A DNA stretch of 64,000 nt from a virus. Each line of letters opens with the position of its first letter. Within the stretch, counting starts at the first letter, position 1. The position numbers and the translations under genes were made by a program. Location: IMG/VR virus record IMGVR_UViG_3300042945_002173; one strand, written 5' to 3'. This document shows positions 37,587-48,636 of the stretch, piece after piece. The notes under the pieces were generated by a model. That model did no database searches. It was not told the origin of the DNA and was given only the letters and a program-made list of their open reading frames with translations.

Positions 37587-38511
37587 TTCCAGAGTATTAG
37601 TTGCTGGTGCCAATGGGATGGTTGGATCTGCAATTGTTAGAAATCTTGAAAGTAAAGATTATAGTGATATTATTAGGGGAACTCGTCAGACTGTAGATTT
37701 TACAGATCAAGAAGCGACTGATACATTTTTTAGACTTAAAAAACCTGATTATGTTTTTGTTGCCGCTGCCAAGGTTGGTGGTATTATGGCAAACAATACA
37801 TATAAGGCAGATTTCTTGACTGAGAATATCCGTATTCAGACGAATATTATTGATTCTGCATATCGTTGGGGTGTAAAGAAACTTTTGTTTCTTGGTTCAT
37901 CCTGCATCTATCCCAAGTTTGCAACTCAACCAATCACCGAAGATCAGTTGATGACTGGTGCTCTGGAACCAACCAATGATGCCTATGCGATTGCAAAGAT
38001 TGCTGGTATTATGATGTGTCAGGCATATCGCCAACAGCATGGGTTTAATGCCATCTCCTTGATGCCTACGAACCTTTATGGTCCTAACGATAACTTTGAC
38101 CTGGAAACGTCTCACGTTCTTCCAGCAATGATTGCTAAGTTTCATGCTGCTCTTGACCATAGTAAGTATTGGGAAGTCAAACTTTGGGGTGATGGTTCTG
38201 CGATGAGAGAGTTTCTGCACGTTGATGATCTTGCAGAAGCGTGTTATACCTGTATGCAGGTCTATAATGAAGCAGAACATATCAATGTTGGTACAGGTGA
38301 AGATGTGACGATTAAGGAACTTGCGGAAACTGTTGCTGATGTTGTTGGGTATGATCGTGATATTAATTGGGATACTACAAAACCAAATGGTACTCCACGT
38401 AAAGTCTTGAATGTAGATAAGATTAAATCGCTTGGTTGGGAACCAAAGATTGGTCTCCGTGAAGGTATTGGGTCAACTTATCAATGGTATAAAGAAAATG
38501 CTTGCAAATGA
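37576..38511 (+). CDS. fcl: GDP-L-fucose synthase
   Basis: GANGMVGSA; AAAKVGGI; GSSCIYPK; YAIAKIAG; SHVLPA. Confidence 0.97.
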   Translation: MDSDSRVLVAGANGMVGSAIVRNLESKDYSDIIRGTRQTVDFTDQEATDTFFRLKKPDYVFVAAAKVGGIMANNTYKADFLTENIRIQTNIIDSAYRWGVKKLLFLGSSCIYPKFATQPITEDQLMTGALEPTNDAYAIAKIAGIMMCQAYRQQHGFNAISLMPTNLYGPNDNFDLETSHVLPAMIAKFHAALDHSKYWEVKLWGDGSAMREFLHVDDLAEACYTCMQVYNEAEHINVGTGEDVTIKELAETVADVVGYDRDINWDTTKPNGTPRKVLNVDKIKSLGWEPKIGLREGIGSTYQWYKENACK

Positions 38512-39298
38512 TGATCTAGGAAATCTGGGAAGACTTGGTAACCAGATGTTTCAATATACTGCTCTTCGTGGTCTTGCCCAAAGACACGGATATGAGTATT
38601 GCTTACCACCAAGAGCAGTTGTTGCAACAAGAGATATTAATTGTGTAAACTCAGATATTACAATGTTTGAGTGCTTTAAGATTCCTGAAGCACCAAAGCA
38701 TGTGACTAATTTTCCAAAGGTAATGGAATCAAATTTTGGATTAGATCAAAATCTTTGGAACAACTGTCCAGATAATATTAGTCTTTATGGATATTTCCAA
38801 ACAGAAAAATATTTCAAGCATATTGAAAAGCAAATTCGTGAGGCATTTACTTTTGCCGATGAAATTCGTGAACCAACAGAAGAAGCATTTAAATCAAATT
38901 TTGGTAATGAAGAAGTAATTGCAATTCATCTTCGTAGGGGAGATTATCTACAATATCCACATCACCCAGTACAAACGTTAGAGTATTATGCTCAGGGATT
39001 GTCTCATATGCCAGAAGACATTCCAGTTATGATTTTTTCTGATGGAATTGAGTGGTGTAAGGAGCAAGAAGTTTTTCAGGGAGATCGTTTTATTTTTGCA
39101 GAAGGAAACAGCACTGGCGTAGATCTTTGTCTCCAATCCCTTTGCACATATCACATCATTGCCAATTCTTCATTCTCTTGGTGGGGTGCTTGGTTGGCAA
39201 AAAGTAAAAAAACAGTTGCCCCAAGTACTTGGTTTGCTGGACCAGATGCTTCTAAAGATCTCAGCGATTTATATTTACAAGGATGGATTATCATATGA
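38498..39298 (+). CDS. Alpha-1,2-fucosyltransferase (GT11)
   Basis: GRLGNQMFQY; GYFQTEKYF; IHLRRGDY; NSSFSWWGAWL. Confidence 0.93.
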   Translation: MLANDDLGNLGRLGNQMFQYTALRGLAQRHGYEYCLPPRAVVATRDINCVNSDITMFECFKIPEAPKHVTNFPKVMESNFGLDQNLWNNCPDNISLYGYFQTEKYFKHIEKQIREAFTFADEIREPTEEAFKSNFGNEEVIAIHLRRGDYLQYPHHPVQTLEYYAQGLSHMPEDIPVMIFSDGIEWCKEQEVFQGDRFIFAEGNSTGVDLCLQSLCTYHIIANSSFSWWGAWLAKSKKTVAPSTWFAGPDASKDLSDLYLQGWIII

Positions 39299-40029
39299 GA
39301 GTTGCAGTTTTAATATCTGGAAGATTGAAGTGTTATGAAAGTTGTCTGATTCCTTTATTGGAGTCGTGTGACTATGATGTTGATTTGTTTATTTCAATTA
39401 ATGCTGAGAGAGATGATTATCACAATCAAGCATTGAATAATCTCTCAAAATGGTTGAAGGGTGAATATATTTGTCCTTATGTTATTCCCCAGCATTATAA
39501 AGATATTTTTATTAATATGGGAACGGGAACTAATGAACCATTGCCATATAATCAATTATCGATGTTTTTCAATGATATGAATGCTTTTAAATTAGCAACT
39601 CAATATGCTGATGATAATAACTTCGAATATGATGCATATATGAAATATCGTTCTGATATTGTTACTAACAAATTACCAGATATTGAAAAATCTGATGAAT
39701 ATCAAATTTTTTCGGTAATTCCTTGGTGTAATCACTATTCACCCATAATAGACAGACAAAATCCAACCATATACAATTCTCCTGGAGATTGGAGACTTCC
39801 AGATACAGTAAATGCTCCATGGGTTTCTGATGCAATAGTATATGGAAACAGAAATTCAATGGAAGCATATATGCAGACATATAATTATTGTATTGAAATG
39901 AATGAATTGTGGAAGGGTTTATATCCAATTGCCTTTGAGCCATCTGTGACTCAGAACGCTTATGATAAGGGTTTAGAAGTTAAATATTTTTCTGCACCAT
40001 ATACTATTGATCCTTCCAGGCACCAATAA
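39295..40029 (+). CDS. Putative glycosyltransferase-like protein (RxD family)
   Basis: RVAVLISG start; YDAYMKYRSD; SDAIVYG. Confidence 0.55.
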   Translation: MRVAVLISGRLKCYESCLIPLLESCDYDVDLFISINAERDDYHNQALNNLSKWLKGEYICPYVIPQHYKDIFINMGTGTNEPLPYNQLSMFFNDMNAFKLATQYADDNNFEYDAYMKYRSDIVTNKLPDIEKSDEYQIFSVIPWCNHYSPIIDRQNPTIYNSPGDWRLPDTVNAPWVSDAIVYGNRNSMEAYMQTYNYCIEMNELWKGLYPIAFEPSVTQNAYDKGLEVKYFSAPYTIDPSRHQ

Positions 40030-40050
40030 ATATTTAAAAATATTTTTCTT

Positions 40051-41604
40051 ATGAAAGTTATTATTCCAATGTCTGGTATGAGTAGTAGATTTGCTGCTGC
40101 TGGATATGACATTCCAAAATATCTTATTGAAGTTGATGGAAGAAAGGTTATAGAACATATCGTCGATCTTTATCCAGAAGATAGTAAATTTGTTTTTATT
40201 ATCAACGATAAGCATAAAGAAGAAACTAATATAGTTGAGGTATTGGATAAACTTGTAGAGAAAAAAGAAATAGTTAGTATTCCTAGACATAAAAATGGCC
40301 CAGTATTTTCTGTATTTGAGTTTGAGAATCTGATTGATGATGAAGAAGAAGTAATTGTCAATTATTGTGATTTCTCAATATATTGGGATTATCGTCATTT
40401 CAAAGGTTTTGTTGATGCAACGGAGTGTGATGGATGTGTAATTTGTTATACTGGATTTCATCCCCATATGCTGGGTAGTGATAATTATGCATTCTGCCGC
40501 ACTGATGAGGACAATAAGATTTTAGAAGTTCGTGAGAAGCAACCATTCACAGAAGATAAAATGTCTGAATTTGCTTCTGCTGGAAACTACTATTTCAGGA
40601 AAGGTAGTTATGTAAAGAAATACTTTAAACAGTTGATGGATGAAGATATTAACATCAACGGTGAGTATTATGTAAGCCTGATTTATAACCTACTTGTTCG
40701 TGATGAACTTATAAGTCTTGTTTATGAAGTTCCTTATATGCTTCAATGGGGAACTCCATTTGATCTTGATGTTTATAATAGTTGGTCAAATTATTATCGT
40801 AAAGCACTAGAAGGTCAGAAAGAAGTTAGACTTGAAAACTGTATTCTTGCTCTTCCAATGGCAGGTGCTGGGAGTCGCTTCTCAAAAGAAGGATATACCG
40901 AACCAAAACCATTCATTCAAGTCAATGGTAAAGATATGGTAGATCAGGCAGTTCGCTGCTTACCAAAAACTGATGATGTCATTTATGCCTGTCTGAAAGG
41001 TCATCAATCACCTGGTCAAAATACAGTCTGGATTGATGAAGTTCTTGAAGGTCAGGCTTGCACAACAGAAAGAATTGTCAATGTGATTGATCCAGATTCT
41101 TCTATTTTAATTTCAGCTTGTGATAATGGTGTATTCTATGATGCCGATAAGTTTTTAGATTTGGTAAATGATGAAGAAAATGATATAATAGTTTGGACTT
41201 ATAGAAATAACTATACGAGTCATTTGCAACCAGAGGCATATTCTTGGGTTAAATGTGATGAGGATGGGAATGTAAGTCGTGTCGATGTTAAAAAATTTAC
41301 TGGAACTGATCCTGTAAAAGAGTTTGCCATTACTGGAACTATGTTTTTCCGTTCAAGGGAAATCTTTTTCCGTTCTTTAAAATCTTTATATGATAATGAT
41401 AATAGAACTAATGGCGAATTCTATGTTGATAGTATGCTTAATGAAGCAATAGAATTGGGATATAAAGTTAAAAACTTTGAGATTGATAATTATATTTGTT
41501 GGGGAACTCCAAATGATTTAAAGACTTACCAATACTGGCAAAGATTTTTTAATAAAGTTGATTGGCACTCTTACGAATACGAAAATGACTACTTTACCAT
41601 CTAA
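40051..41604 (+). CDS. Tandem two-domain sugar-phosphate nucleotidyltransferase-fold protein
   Basis: IPMSGMSSRF...PK and LPMAGAGSRF...PKP; two NGE(Y/F)YV and WGTP motifs. Confidence 0.85.
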   Translation: MKVIIPMSGMSSRFAAAGYDIPKYLIEVDGRKVIEHIVDLYPEDSKFVFIINDKHKEETNIVEVLDKLVEKKEIVSIPRHKNGPVFSVFEFENLIDDEEEVIVNYCDFSIYWDYRHFKGFVDATECDGCVICYTGFHPHMLGSDNYAFCRTDEDNKILEVREKQPFTEDKMSEFASAGNYYFRKGSYVKKYFKQLMDEDININGEYYVSLIYNLLVRDELISLVYEVPYMLQWGTPFDLDVYNSWSNYYRKALEGQKEVRLENCILALPMAGAGSRFSKEGYTEPKPFIQVNGKDMVDQAVRCLPKTDDVIYACLKGHQSPGQNTVWIDEVLEGQACTTERIVNVIDPDSSILISACDNGVFYDADKFLDLVNDEENDIIVWTYRNNYTSHLQPEAYSWVKCDEDGNVSRVDVKKFTGTDPVKEFAITGTMFFRSREIFFRSLKSLYDNDNRTNGEFYVDSMLNEAIELGYKVKNFEIDNYICWGTPNDLKTYQYWQRFFNKVDWHSYEYENDYFTI

Positions 41605-42460
41605 AAAAGATATAAATGCAGTTTTAATGTTGTATTGGGGTTGGACTGATCTTATTCAACTTGTTGGTATGGTTAGGTATTATCAAACTCAATATAAATC
41701 TGTAAGTTTAATATGTCTTCCCCATCAAAAAGAATTTTTGGAAGCATTGTATCCAGACTTTAATTTAATTTTCGTTTCTTGTCCAGATGGAACAGCGAGT
41801 AATGATATTGATAAGTTGGCTAAAAAACTTTTTGATGAGGATTATCTATTTTTGAATGAAGGAAAACCTGGAGAACATGGGCATCAAAATTGTTGGAATT
41901 TTGAACAAGCTTGCCTGAGAATGAATATTCAAAATGAAATTCCTAAAACTAATATTCAATATAAAAATTGTCAAATATTAAAAAAATTTAACTTGCAAGA
42001 AAAATTACAAATTAATGAAAGAGATGCAAGTGATCCAACATTTGACCAAAGAATAGGATTCTATACGCTTTCAAATCTTGATTATTCTATTGCATTTGAT
42101 TATTTTAAAATTATAAGGAATGAGGATGATGAACAAAGAAAATATTCTGAGTTAGTTAAATTTAATGAATATTCTGTTGTTCATCATGTTGATGGTATGG
42201 ATCTTTCTAATATTGAGTATAATTTGGTTTATTTAAATAATAATTCAACTAAAATTATTGATACGATAAAGATTATTGAAAATGCAAAAGAAGTTCATTT
42301 TTATGACAGTCTTTATGGAATACTTTGTTATTTTTTATATTTTTCAAATCAGTTGAGGGGTCCAAAGTTCTACCTACACAAGTATGCCAGAATGAAAATA
42401 CCCAAATTTTTTGATTATAAAAAAATGGAGGAGAGTGGTGATTGGATTGTTATTGCATAA
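41585..42460 (+). CDS. Hypothetical protein, possible GT-B (GT9-like) fold
   Basis: GWTD...GMVRY; IIENAKEVHFYDS; LHKYAR; paralog of 46448. Confidence 0.5.
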   Translation: MTTLPSKKDINAVLMLYWGWTDLIQLVGMVRYYQTQYKSVSLICLPHQKEFLEALYPDFNLIFVSCPDGTASNDIDKLAKKLFDEDYLFLNEGKPGEHGHQNCWNFEQACLRMNIQNEIPKTNIQYKNCQILKKFNLQEKLQINERDASDPTFDQRIGFYTLSNLDYSIAFDYFKIIRNEDDEQRKYSELVKFNEYSVVHHVDGMDLSNIEYNLVYLNNNSTKIIDTIKIIENAKEVHFYDSLYGILCYFLYFSNQLRGPKFYLHKYARMKIPKFFDYKKMEESGDWIVIA

Positions 42461-42499
42461 TTTATGTGGTATAATCGTAGTATATAATATTTTTAATGT

Positions 42500-43141
42500 A
42501 TGGATCCTATTCTAATATCGGAAGTTAATTTTTTTAACAAAATTACTGATAAGGTGGAAGTAATTTTTGATGTTGGGGCATATAATGATTCTCCATATGT
42601 CCAAACGGGAGGTGAAGTTCATTATTTTGAACCTTTTCCGAAATATCTAGAACAACTAAAGCAGTTGTCGAATAATAATGAAAAATCATTTTTTAATGCT
42701 TTTGGTTTGAGTGATGAAAATACATCTTTTGATTTTTGGGTAAGTACATATTCTTTTATTGAACGACCAAATTCTACTGGTGATCCAATAAAATGCGAAT
42801 TACGTAGAGCAGATGAATATTGCAGATCTAATAATATTAAGGAGATTGACTTTTTAAAAATTGACGTTGAATGCATGGAAACCAAAGTTTTTCGTGGATT
42901 TGGAGACTATTTGAACAACGTAAAAATTATTCAATTTGAATATGGACCCGGGCAAAAAGAAGTTGGTGATAATCTAGATATTATGCTTTCTTACCTAGAA
43001 CCATATGGATTCACTGGATTTAGTTATATGTTTTTTGAAGACCATGGTGGATTAACTCCAATTTCTGATAGGGAAGATCTGTGGAGATGGTGTAATATTG
43101 TCGCATATAATAAAAATTATTTTAATTCTGAACCTTGGTAA
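42500..43141 (+). CDS. FkbM-family methyltransferase
   Basis: IFDVGAY; FEP; IDFLKIDVE; IIQFEY. Confidence 0.85.
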   Translation: MDPILISEVNFFNKITDKVEVIFDVGAYNDSPYVQTGGEVHYFEPFPKYLEQLKQLSNNNEKSFFNAFGLSDENTSFDFWVSTYSFIERPNSTGDPIKCELRRADEYCRSNNIKEIDFLKIDVECMETKVFRGFGDYLNNVKIIQFEYGPGQKEVGDNLDIMLSYLEPYGFTGFSYMFFEDHGGLTPISDREDLWRWCNIVAYNKNYFNSEPW

Positions 43142-43166
43142 TTTTAAAAAATAATATTAGTAGAGT

Positions 43167-44249
43167 ATGAATATTGAACATTGGAATTCTAGAAAAACTA
43201 GAGTTATTAAAGAAAAAGATGAGAATGGTAGGGACATTGAAGTTTCATATTTCTTCACTTGTCAATTTACTGGTCTTTCTAAGCATTATCCTCAACCACT
43301 AATCTATTCGCATCAAACTCAGAGACTGACTCTTCCAACCAAAGAAATGTTTATGTCTTTGGGTAGAGGAACTGTCTATGAAGAAACGATGGAGTATCAA
43401 GTAGAACTTCCTTTTCATTTTAAGAATTTCTGCTCAGTTCCTGTATTTTACTTTGTGTATAATATGGCGAACTACTATCATTTTATCTACGATACGTTGC
43501 CTTATCTCTACTCTTACTTCAATGAGAAAGAGATTCATCCAGATCTTAAACTTCTTGTGAGTCCGCCAGAAGGTAAAGATGATCTTTATCCTTTTGTTTG
43601 GGAATCGCTAGAACTTCTTGGTATTAGAAGAAAAGATGTTGTATTTCTAAACCCAGACACTCTTTATAATACTGTTGTAGTGGGGTCGTCATTGACCCAT
43701 AACGGTCTTTCAAATACTCCACCACATTCTGGTGTATTTGATATTATCAACCGTATGAAAGGTGAATATCAGGGTCCAGAGAAGATTTATATCTCACGGC
43801 GCACTTGGTTGCATAATAACTTCGATAATATTGGAACCAACTATACTGAGCGCCGTCGTTGTGTGAATGAGGATGAAGTAGCAGAACTTTTCAAGTCTCA
43901 TGGATATGAAGAAGTCTTCTGTGAAAATATGACGATGAAAGAGAAGATTGGTTTATTCAACTCTGCTAAGTATGTTGCTGGACCAATTGGTGGTGGTATG
44001 TGTAATGTAATCTTCTCACCACCAGAAACAAAAGTTATTTCTATCAATAGTCCTTTGTTTTTTGATGTCAATACTCGCTTTGAGTATTCAATGTCTCATA
44101 CAGAATTACATCATTTTAATGATACTGAGTTTGTGGAGAAAGTAGAGGAAAGTGTGGAAAGTGATGGTGCTCTTTCTATCTCTGGTGGTCTAAACTCTCC
44201 TTGGAAGGTAAATCTAAATAAACTAGCATTATTCCTTAAAGATGTCTGA
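43167..44249 (+). CDS. GT61/DUF563-like glycosyltransferase
   Basis: NYYHFIYDTLP; KIYISRR; RRCVNEDEV; FNSAKYVAGPIGGGMCN. Confidence 0.8.
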   Translation: MNIEHWNSRKTRVIKEKDENGRDIEVSYFFTCQFTGLSKHYPQPLIYSHQTQRLTLPTKEMFMSLGRGTVYEETMEYQVELPFHFKNFCSVPVFYFVYNMANYYHFIYDTLPYLYSYFNEKEIHPDLKLLVSPPEGKDDLYPFVWESLELLGIRRKDVVFLNPDTLYNTVVVGSSLTHNGLSNTPPHSGVFDIINRMKGEYQGPEKIYISRRTWLHNNFDNIGTNYTERRRCVNEDEVAELFKSHGYEEVFCENMTMKEKIGLFNSAKYVAGPIGGGMCNVIFSPPETKVISINSPLFFDVNTRFEYSMSHTELHHFNDTEFVEKVEESVESDGALSISGGLNSPWKVNLNKLALFLKDV

Positions 44250-44907
44250 AATACTAGAACTAGCAAGAGAAATTAGTGACTACACTATTTGTGGTGAAGG
44301 TAATGTATCAGTAAGAGTAGATGAAAATACATTCCTCATTAAAGCAAGTGGAACAAGTCTTCATACACTATCAGAAGAAGACTTGACATTATGCAATACA
44401 AATGGTGCTCAGATAGAACTTCTCCATAAGAAACCAAGTATTGAAACTTCATTTCATGCTTGGATTATGAAGACATTTCCTGATATTAATTTTATTGCAC
44501 ATACTCACCCTCCACATACAACTAAGATTCTTTGTTCAGAAGCAATTTATGATTTTGCAGACCACAGATGGTTTCCAGATCAAATTGTGAGGAATGGAAT
44601 TAAGTCCTGTGTTGTTCCTTATGCTCCTCCTGGCGAATCAATTTTAAAGTTAGTTGATAAGCATGTGTCAAAGTTTGTGGATGATGAAGGTTATTTTCCT
44701 AAGTTGATTCTTCTACAAAATCATGGTATAATCTCAGCATCGACATCTAAGAAAGATTGTGCAGCTTCCACTTTAATGTGTGAAAAGTCTGCCGATATTT
44801 TTATTGGAGCAAAACTTTTGGGTGGAGTTAAGTTCTTAACAAAACAAGAAGTTGCCGATGTTGATACTTGCCCAAATGAAAATTATAGGAGAAATATGTA
44901 TCAATGA
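44242..44907 (+). CDS. Class II aldolase/adducin-family protein
   Basis: GEGNVSVR; IKASG; KPSIETSFH; AHTHP; LLQNHG. Confidence 0.9.
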   Translation: MSEILELAREISDYTICGEGNVSVRVDENTFLIKASGTSLHTLSEEDLTLCNTNGAQIELLHKKPSIETSFHAWIMKTFPDINFIAHTHPPHTTKILCSEAIYDFADHRWFPDQIVRNGIKSCVVPYAPPGESILKLVDKHVSKFVDDEGYFPKLILLQNHGIISASTSKKDCAASTLMCEKSADIFIGAKLLGGVKFLTKQEVADVDTCPNENYRRNMYQ

Positions 44908-45701
44908 ATAAATTTTTGTTTGTTCCTATGGGAGAAACTTTTAGGTATCTATTTGATGGAGATCCTAGAGGAAGAGGTGGAATTGAATCTTATAATTTAC
45001 AGATGGAGGTATCTAATTCCCATCTTAAATTATTAAATCAAATTAATAACGACTGTGAAACTGATATATTTTACCATTTTTATGGTATGAATTCGCAGTA
45101 TGATGAAGATTTAGTAAATTTATACTCCTCAAAAAATTATAATGTAGATGGCGCTTTTACGGATGGATTGATTGGTGAGGTTAATTTCTATAATAAGACA
45201 TATGACTTATTAAGAAGTAAGGATTTATCTGAGTATAAGAGCATACTTTTTGTTAGAGCAGATTTCTTCCTCAAACCTTATTTTAAAAATGTATATGATC
45301 ATAATGATCAGAGAATTTTATTTACTCATGTGAATGAAATTTGTAGAGGATATCATCTTGACCCAGATGGTGTTAATCCATTTGTTAATTATATGATCTT
45401 TCATGTTCCAAATAGATTTTTTGATAAACTATTGAATGGTCAAATAATGAACTATCATAGTTCTTATGCACATTGTTTGCGTAATGGTTTATCTCATGAC
45501 GATATTTGGTTTATTTTAGATACTTATCACTCATCAAACACTGAATATGTTTGGAATCCTATTTTTCATCAAGTAGGTAGACCTGAAAATAAAGAATGGA
45601 TTGATAGAGGATATAGAGTTAATCCAGAAACAAGGCAACCATATTTTATTGAAAATGATAATATCTATTCCAACTTAAAAAACAATGACTTCTATAATTA
45701 A
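44904..45701 (+). CDS. Hypothetical protein (RxD family), paralog of 49084
   Basis: GETFR...GGIES; FVRADFFLKPYF; DTYHSS..WNP. Confidence 0.55.
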   Translation: MNKFLFVPMGETFRYLFDGDPRGRGGIESYNLQMEVSNSHLKLLNQINNDCETDIFYHFYGMNSQYDEDLVNLYSSKNYNVDGAFTDGLIGEVNFYNKTYDLLRSKDLSEYKSILFVRADFFLKPYFKNVYDHNDQRILFTHVNEICRGYHLDPDGVNPFVNYMIFHVPNRFFDKLLNGQIMNYHSSYAHCLRNGLSHDDIWFILDTYHSSNTEYVWNPIFHQVGRPENKEWIDRGYRVNPETRQPYFIENDNIYSNLKNNDFYN

Positions 45702-45702
45702 A

Positions 45703-46014
45703 ATGAAAGTAATATATGTTGACATTGATGAAACAATTTGTCATAGAGAGACCTCTGTTGATTTTGGAACCACTCATGATTATTCGAAGGCAAAACCAAT
45801 ACCAGAAAACATAGAAAAAATTAATAAACTTTATGATGAAGGTCATACAATAGTTTATTGGACTGCTCGTGGTAGTAGAAAGCAAATAGATTGGTTTGAC
45901 CTTACTGCAAAGCAACTTTCCGAATGGGGTGCCAAGTATCACGAATTGAAAACAGACAAACCATTTTATGATTTGTTTATTGAAGATAAATCGCTAAGGA
46001 TTGAAGAACTGTGA
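45703..46014 (+). CDS. Small HAD phosphatase (EcbF/BcbF capsule-type)
   Basis: YVDIDETI; WTARG; KPFYDLFIEDK. Confidence 0.85.
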   Translation: MKVIYVDIDETICHRETSVDFGTTHDYSKAKPIPENIEKINKLYDEGHTIVYWTARGSRKQIDWFDLTAKQLSEWGAKYHELKTDKPFYDLFIEDKSLRIEEL

Positions 46015-46451
46015 TTATTATTTCTCATCGCGGCAATATTCGGGGACCAGTTCCTGATAAAGAAAATCGTCCAAGTTACATTGACTGTGCGATTGGAAAT
46101 GGATATCATGTAGAAATTGATGTTCGTTCAATTGATGGTGAGTTGTGGTTGGGTCATGATGAACCACAATATAAAATTGACCATAACTGGTTAGATAAGC
46201 GTAGGCATTATCTGTGGTTGCATTGCAAAAATCTTGAAGCGGCAAAAGAGTGTTGGGTATATCATTCTTTTTGCCATACAGGAGATCCATTTACTTACAC
46301 TTCAACTGGAAAGATTTGGTTACATGATCTTTCAATGAAGATTGATGGAAATGTAATTATTCCTCTCATTGATTGTGATGATGTTGAGTGCTTTATACCT
46401 ATCGGTGAAAAACCTTTTGGTATATGCACTGATTATCCTGCCTTTGTATGA
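46011..46451 (+). CDS. Minimal GDPD/PLC-like phosphodiesterase
   Basis: ISHRGN; EN; VEIDV; LGHD; WLHCKN; ICTDY. Confidence 0.8.
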   Translation: MIIISHRGNIRGPVPDKENRPSYIDCAIGNGYHVEIDVRSIDGELWLGHDEPQYKIDHNWLDKRRHYLWLHCKNLEAAKECWVYHSFCHTGDPFTYTSTGKIWLHDLSMKIDGNVIIPLIDCDDVECFIPIGEKPFGICTDYPAFV

Positions 46452-47230
46452 AAACAATATTTGTAAGGCATTATGATGCCTTTGGTGATTGGGTAAGTAT
46501 CAATGGTCTTGTGCGATATTTAATTCAACAATATCATTATAAACAAGTCTATCTTGTTTTAGAACATAATGAAACTCGTAAAAACTTTGTAGAGTTATTG
46601 TATGGGGATGAACCAAAAATATCCACAATAATGGATCGTGAGTTTGAGAGAGTATGTACTAATGAGGATGTAATTGATACTAGGGTTAATGAGTATTATC
46701 CTAGAATTGGTAGTGGTAATTATTGGAGTAATCAGAATCCCTTAGAAGATTATAACCATATTGGACCAACATCAAATTCTGATAATTTCTATATTAAACT
46801 TGGCATAAATCCAGAAGTTAAAAATAAACATTTCTTTTTTTCTAGAAAAGTAGATCTTGAAGAAAAACTTTTCGACAGTTTAGACTTAACTGAACCATAT
46901 TCAGTCGTATGTGACTATGGTGAAAACCTTATAGATAGAAAGTATTTAAAACATTCTAAGGTTGTCAATCTTCATAATATTTCACCAAATTTGGTGGATG
47001 TGTTAAAGATACTAGAAAATTCTGATGATATTCATCTTATCGAGAACACAGTATCTTTATTTGTTTATCATATGCAATCAGCATTTTTATTGAGCGATTT
47101 TAAAGTTCATTTACATGCCTATGCAAGAAAAGAATCACATCGTAGGTGTGATAGTCCTGAATGTAACAATCAATTTTTAAATATGTTACTTTTACCTAAA
47201 CTTGAAAATTGGGAAATTTTCTGGAATTAA
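46448..47230 (+). CDS. Hypothetical protein, possible GT-B fold, paralog of 41585
   Basis: AFGD...GLVRY; ILENSDDIHLIE; LHAYAR. Confidence 0.5.
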   Translation: MKTIFVRHYDAFGDWVSINGLVRYLIQQYHYKQVYLVLEHNETRKNFVELLYGDEPKISTIMDREFERVCTNEDVIDTRVNEYYPRIGSGNYWSNQNPLEDYNHIGPTSNSDNFYIKLGINPEVKNKHFFFSRKVDLEEKLFDSLDLTEPYSVVCDYGENLIDRKYLKHSKVVNLHNISPNLVDVLKILENSDDIHLIENTVSLFVYHMQSAFLLSDFKVHLHAYARKESHRRCDSPECNNQFLNMLLLPKLENWEIFWN

Positions 47231-47264
47231 AATCTTTAAAAAATTTTTGTGAGGTCTTAAAAAG

Positions 47265-47990
47265 ATGAACGTTCTTGTGCCTATGGCTGGATCTGGCAGT
47301 CGATTTGCTAAGGTAGGATATACTCTTCCGAAACCATTAATTGAAGTTCGTGGTAAACCAATGATTCAAGTAGTCATTGAGGGACTAAATGTAGATGCCA
47401 AATATACTTATGTTGTCCAGAAAGAACATTATGAAAAGTACAATCTTCAATATCTTTTAAATTCAATTACCCCTAATTGTAATATCGTTCAAGTTGATGG
47501 TATTACCGAAGGTGCTGCTTGTACAACTCTATTGGCACGAGAGTTTATTGATAATCAAGAACCTTTAATTATCACCAATTCAGATCAATTGATTTTATGG
47601 AATAGTGAAGAGACTCTTTATGCCTTTAATAGGGATAATGTTGATGGTGGTATAGTTACTTTCTCCGCAACTCATCCCAAATGGTCTTTTGCTAAACTTG
47701 GTGATGATGGTTATGTTTGTGAAGTTGCTGAAAAAAATCCTATTTCGGAACATGCAACTGCTGGAATTTACTATTGGAAGAATGGTTCTGATTATGTAAA
47801 GTATGCCGAACAAATGATTGCTAAGGATATTCGTGTAAATAATGAATTTTATGTTTGTCCTGTATATAATGAAGCAATTGGAGATGGTAAAAAAATCTGT
47901 ATCAAAGAAATTGGTGTTGATGATATGTGGGGTTTAGGAACACCAGAAGATCTCGGATATTTCTTAGAGAACTATGAAGGAAAAATCTAA
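47265..47990 (+). CDS. Sugar-phosphate nucleotidyltransferase-fold protein
   Basis: VPMAGSGSRF...PKPLI; EGAACT; NSDQ; NNEFYV; LGTPEDL. Confidence 0.88.
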   Translation: MNVLVPMAGSGSRFAKVGYTLPKPLIEVRGKPMIQVVIEGLNVDAKYTYVVQKEHYEKYNLQYLLNSITPNCNIVQVDGITEGAACTTLLAREFIDNQEPLIITNSDQLILWNSEETLYAFNRDNVDGGIVTFSATHPKWSFAKLGDDGYVCEVAEKNPISEHATAGIYYWKNGSDYVKYAEQMIAKDIRVNNEFYVCPVYNEAIGDGKKICIKEIGVDDMWGLGTPEDLGYFLENYEGKI

Positions 47991-48636
47991 TCAATTTTTC
48001 ATTAAAATAAATCTTAATCAAATTAAACTTTGCATATTTGATGTAGATGGAGTTTTAGTTGATAGTAGATCTCTTCATTATCCTGCAACCATGCTTGCCT
48101 TAAAGGATTATGGATATTTTTATTCCCGAGAAGAAGATGAAAATTTTGGCACTATACCTACTAGGCAAAAATTAAATCTTCTAGCAGAACATGGTAAGAT
48201 TGAAAAAGATTCTGTTGATTGTATTTGGGATCTTAAAGATAATTATGCATGTGAATTGTTTGAAAATAATATTGTAATCAATACTCAAATTAAACCTCTA
48301 TTTAAAATACTAAAATCTAATAAAATTAAAATATCATTAGCATCAAATGCTAGATATAGTTTTTTAAATAAAGTTGTAGACAAGTTAGATATTGGAGAAT
48401 ATGTTGATTTGATTCTTAGTGCTCAATCTGTAATACCAAAACCAGATCCTGCAATTTATATAAATGCTATGAATTACTTTGATATATCTCCAGATCATAC
48501 TTTAATATTTGAAGATAGTGAGGTTGGGAAACAATCTGCTTATGCAAGTAAAGCTAATGTTTATGAAATTTCAAGATTTGATCAATTAACACCTTTTATA
48601 TTTGAAAATAATGAAACTTATTGCACATCGCGGTAA
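47974..48636 (+). CDS. HAD-IA family phosphatase
   Basis: IFDVDGVLVDS; ASN; KPDPAIY; FEDS. Confidence 0.9.
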   Translation: MKEKSNQFFIKINLNQIKLCIFDVDGVLVDSRSLHYPATMLALKDYGYFYSREEDENFGTIPTRQKLNLLAEHGKIEKDSVDCIWDLKDNYACELFENNIVINTQIKPLFKILKSNKIKISLASNARYSFLNKVVDKLDIGEYVDLILSAQSVIPKPDPAIYINAMNYFDISPDHTLIFEDSEVGKQSAYASKANVYEISRFDQLTPFIFENNETYCTSR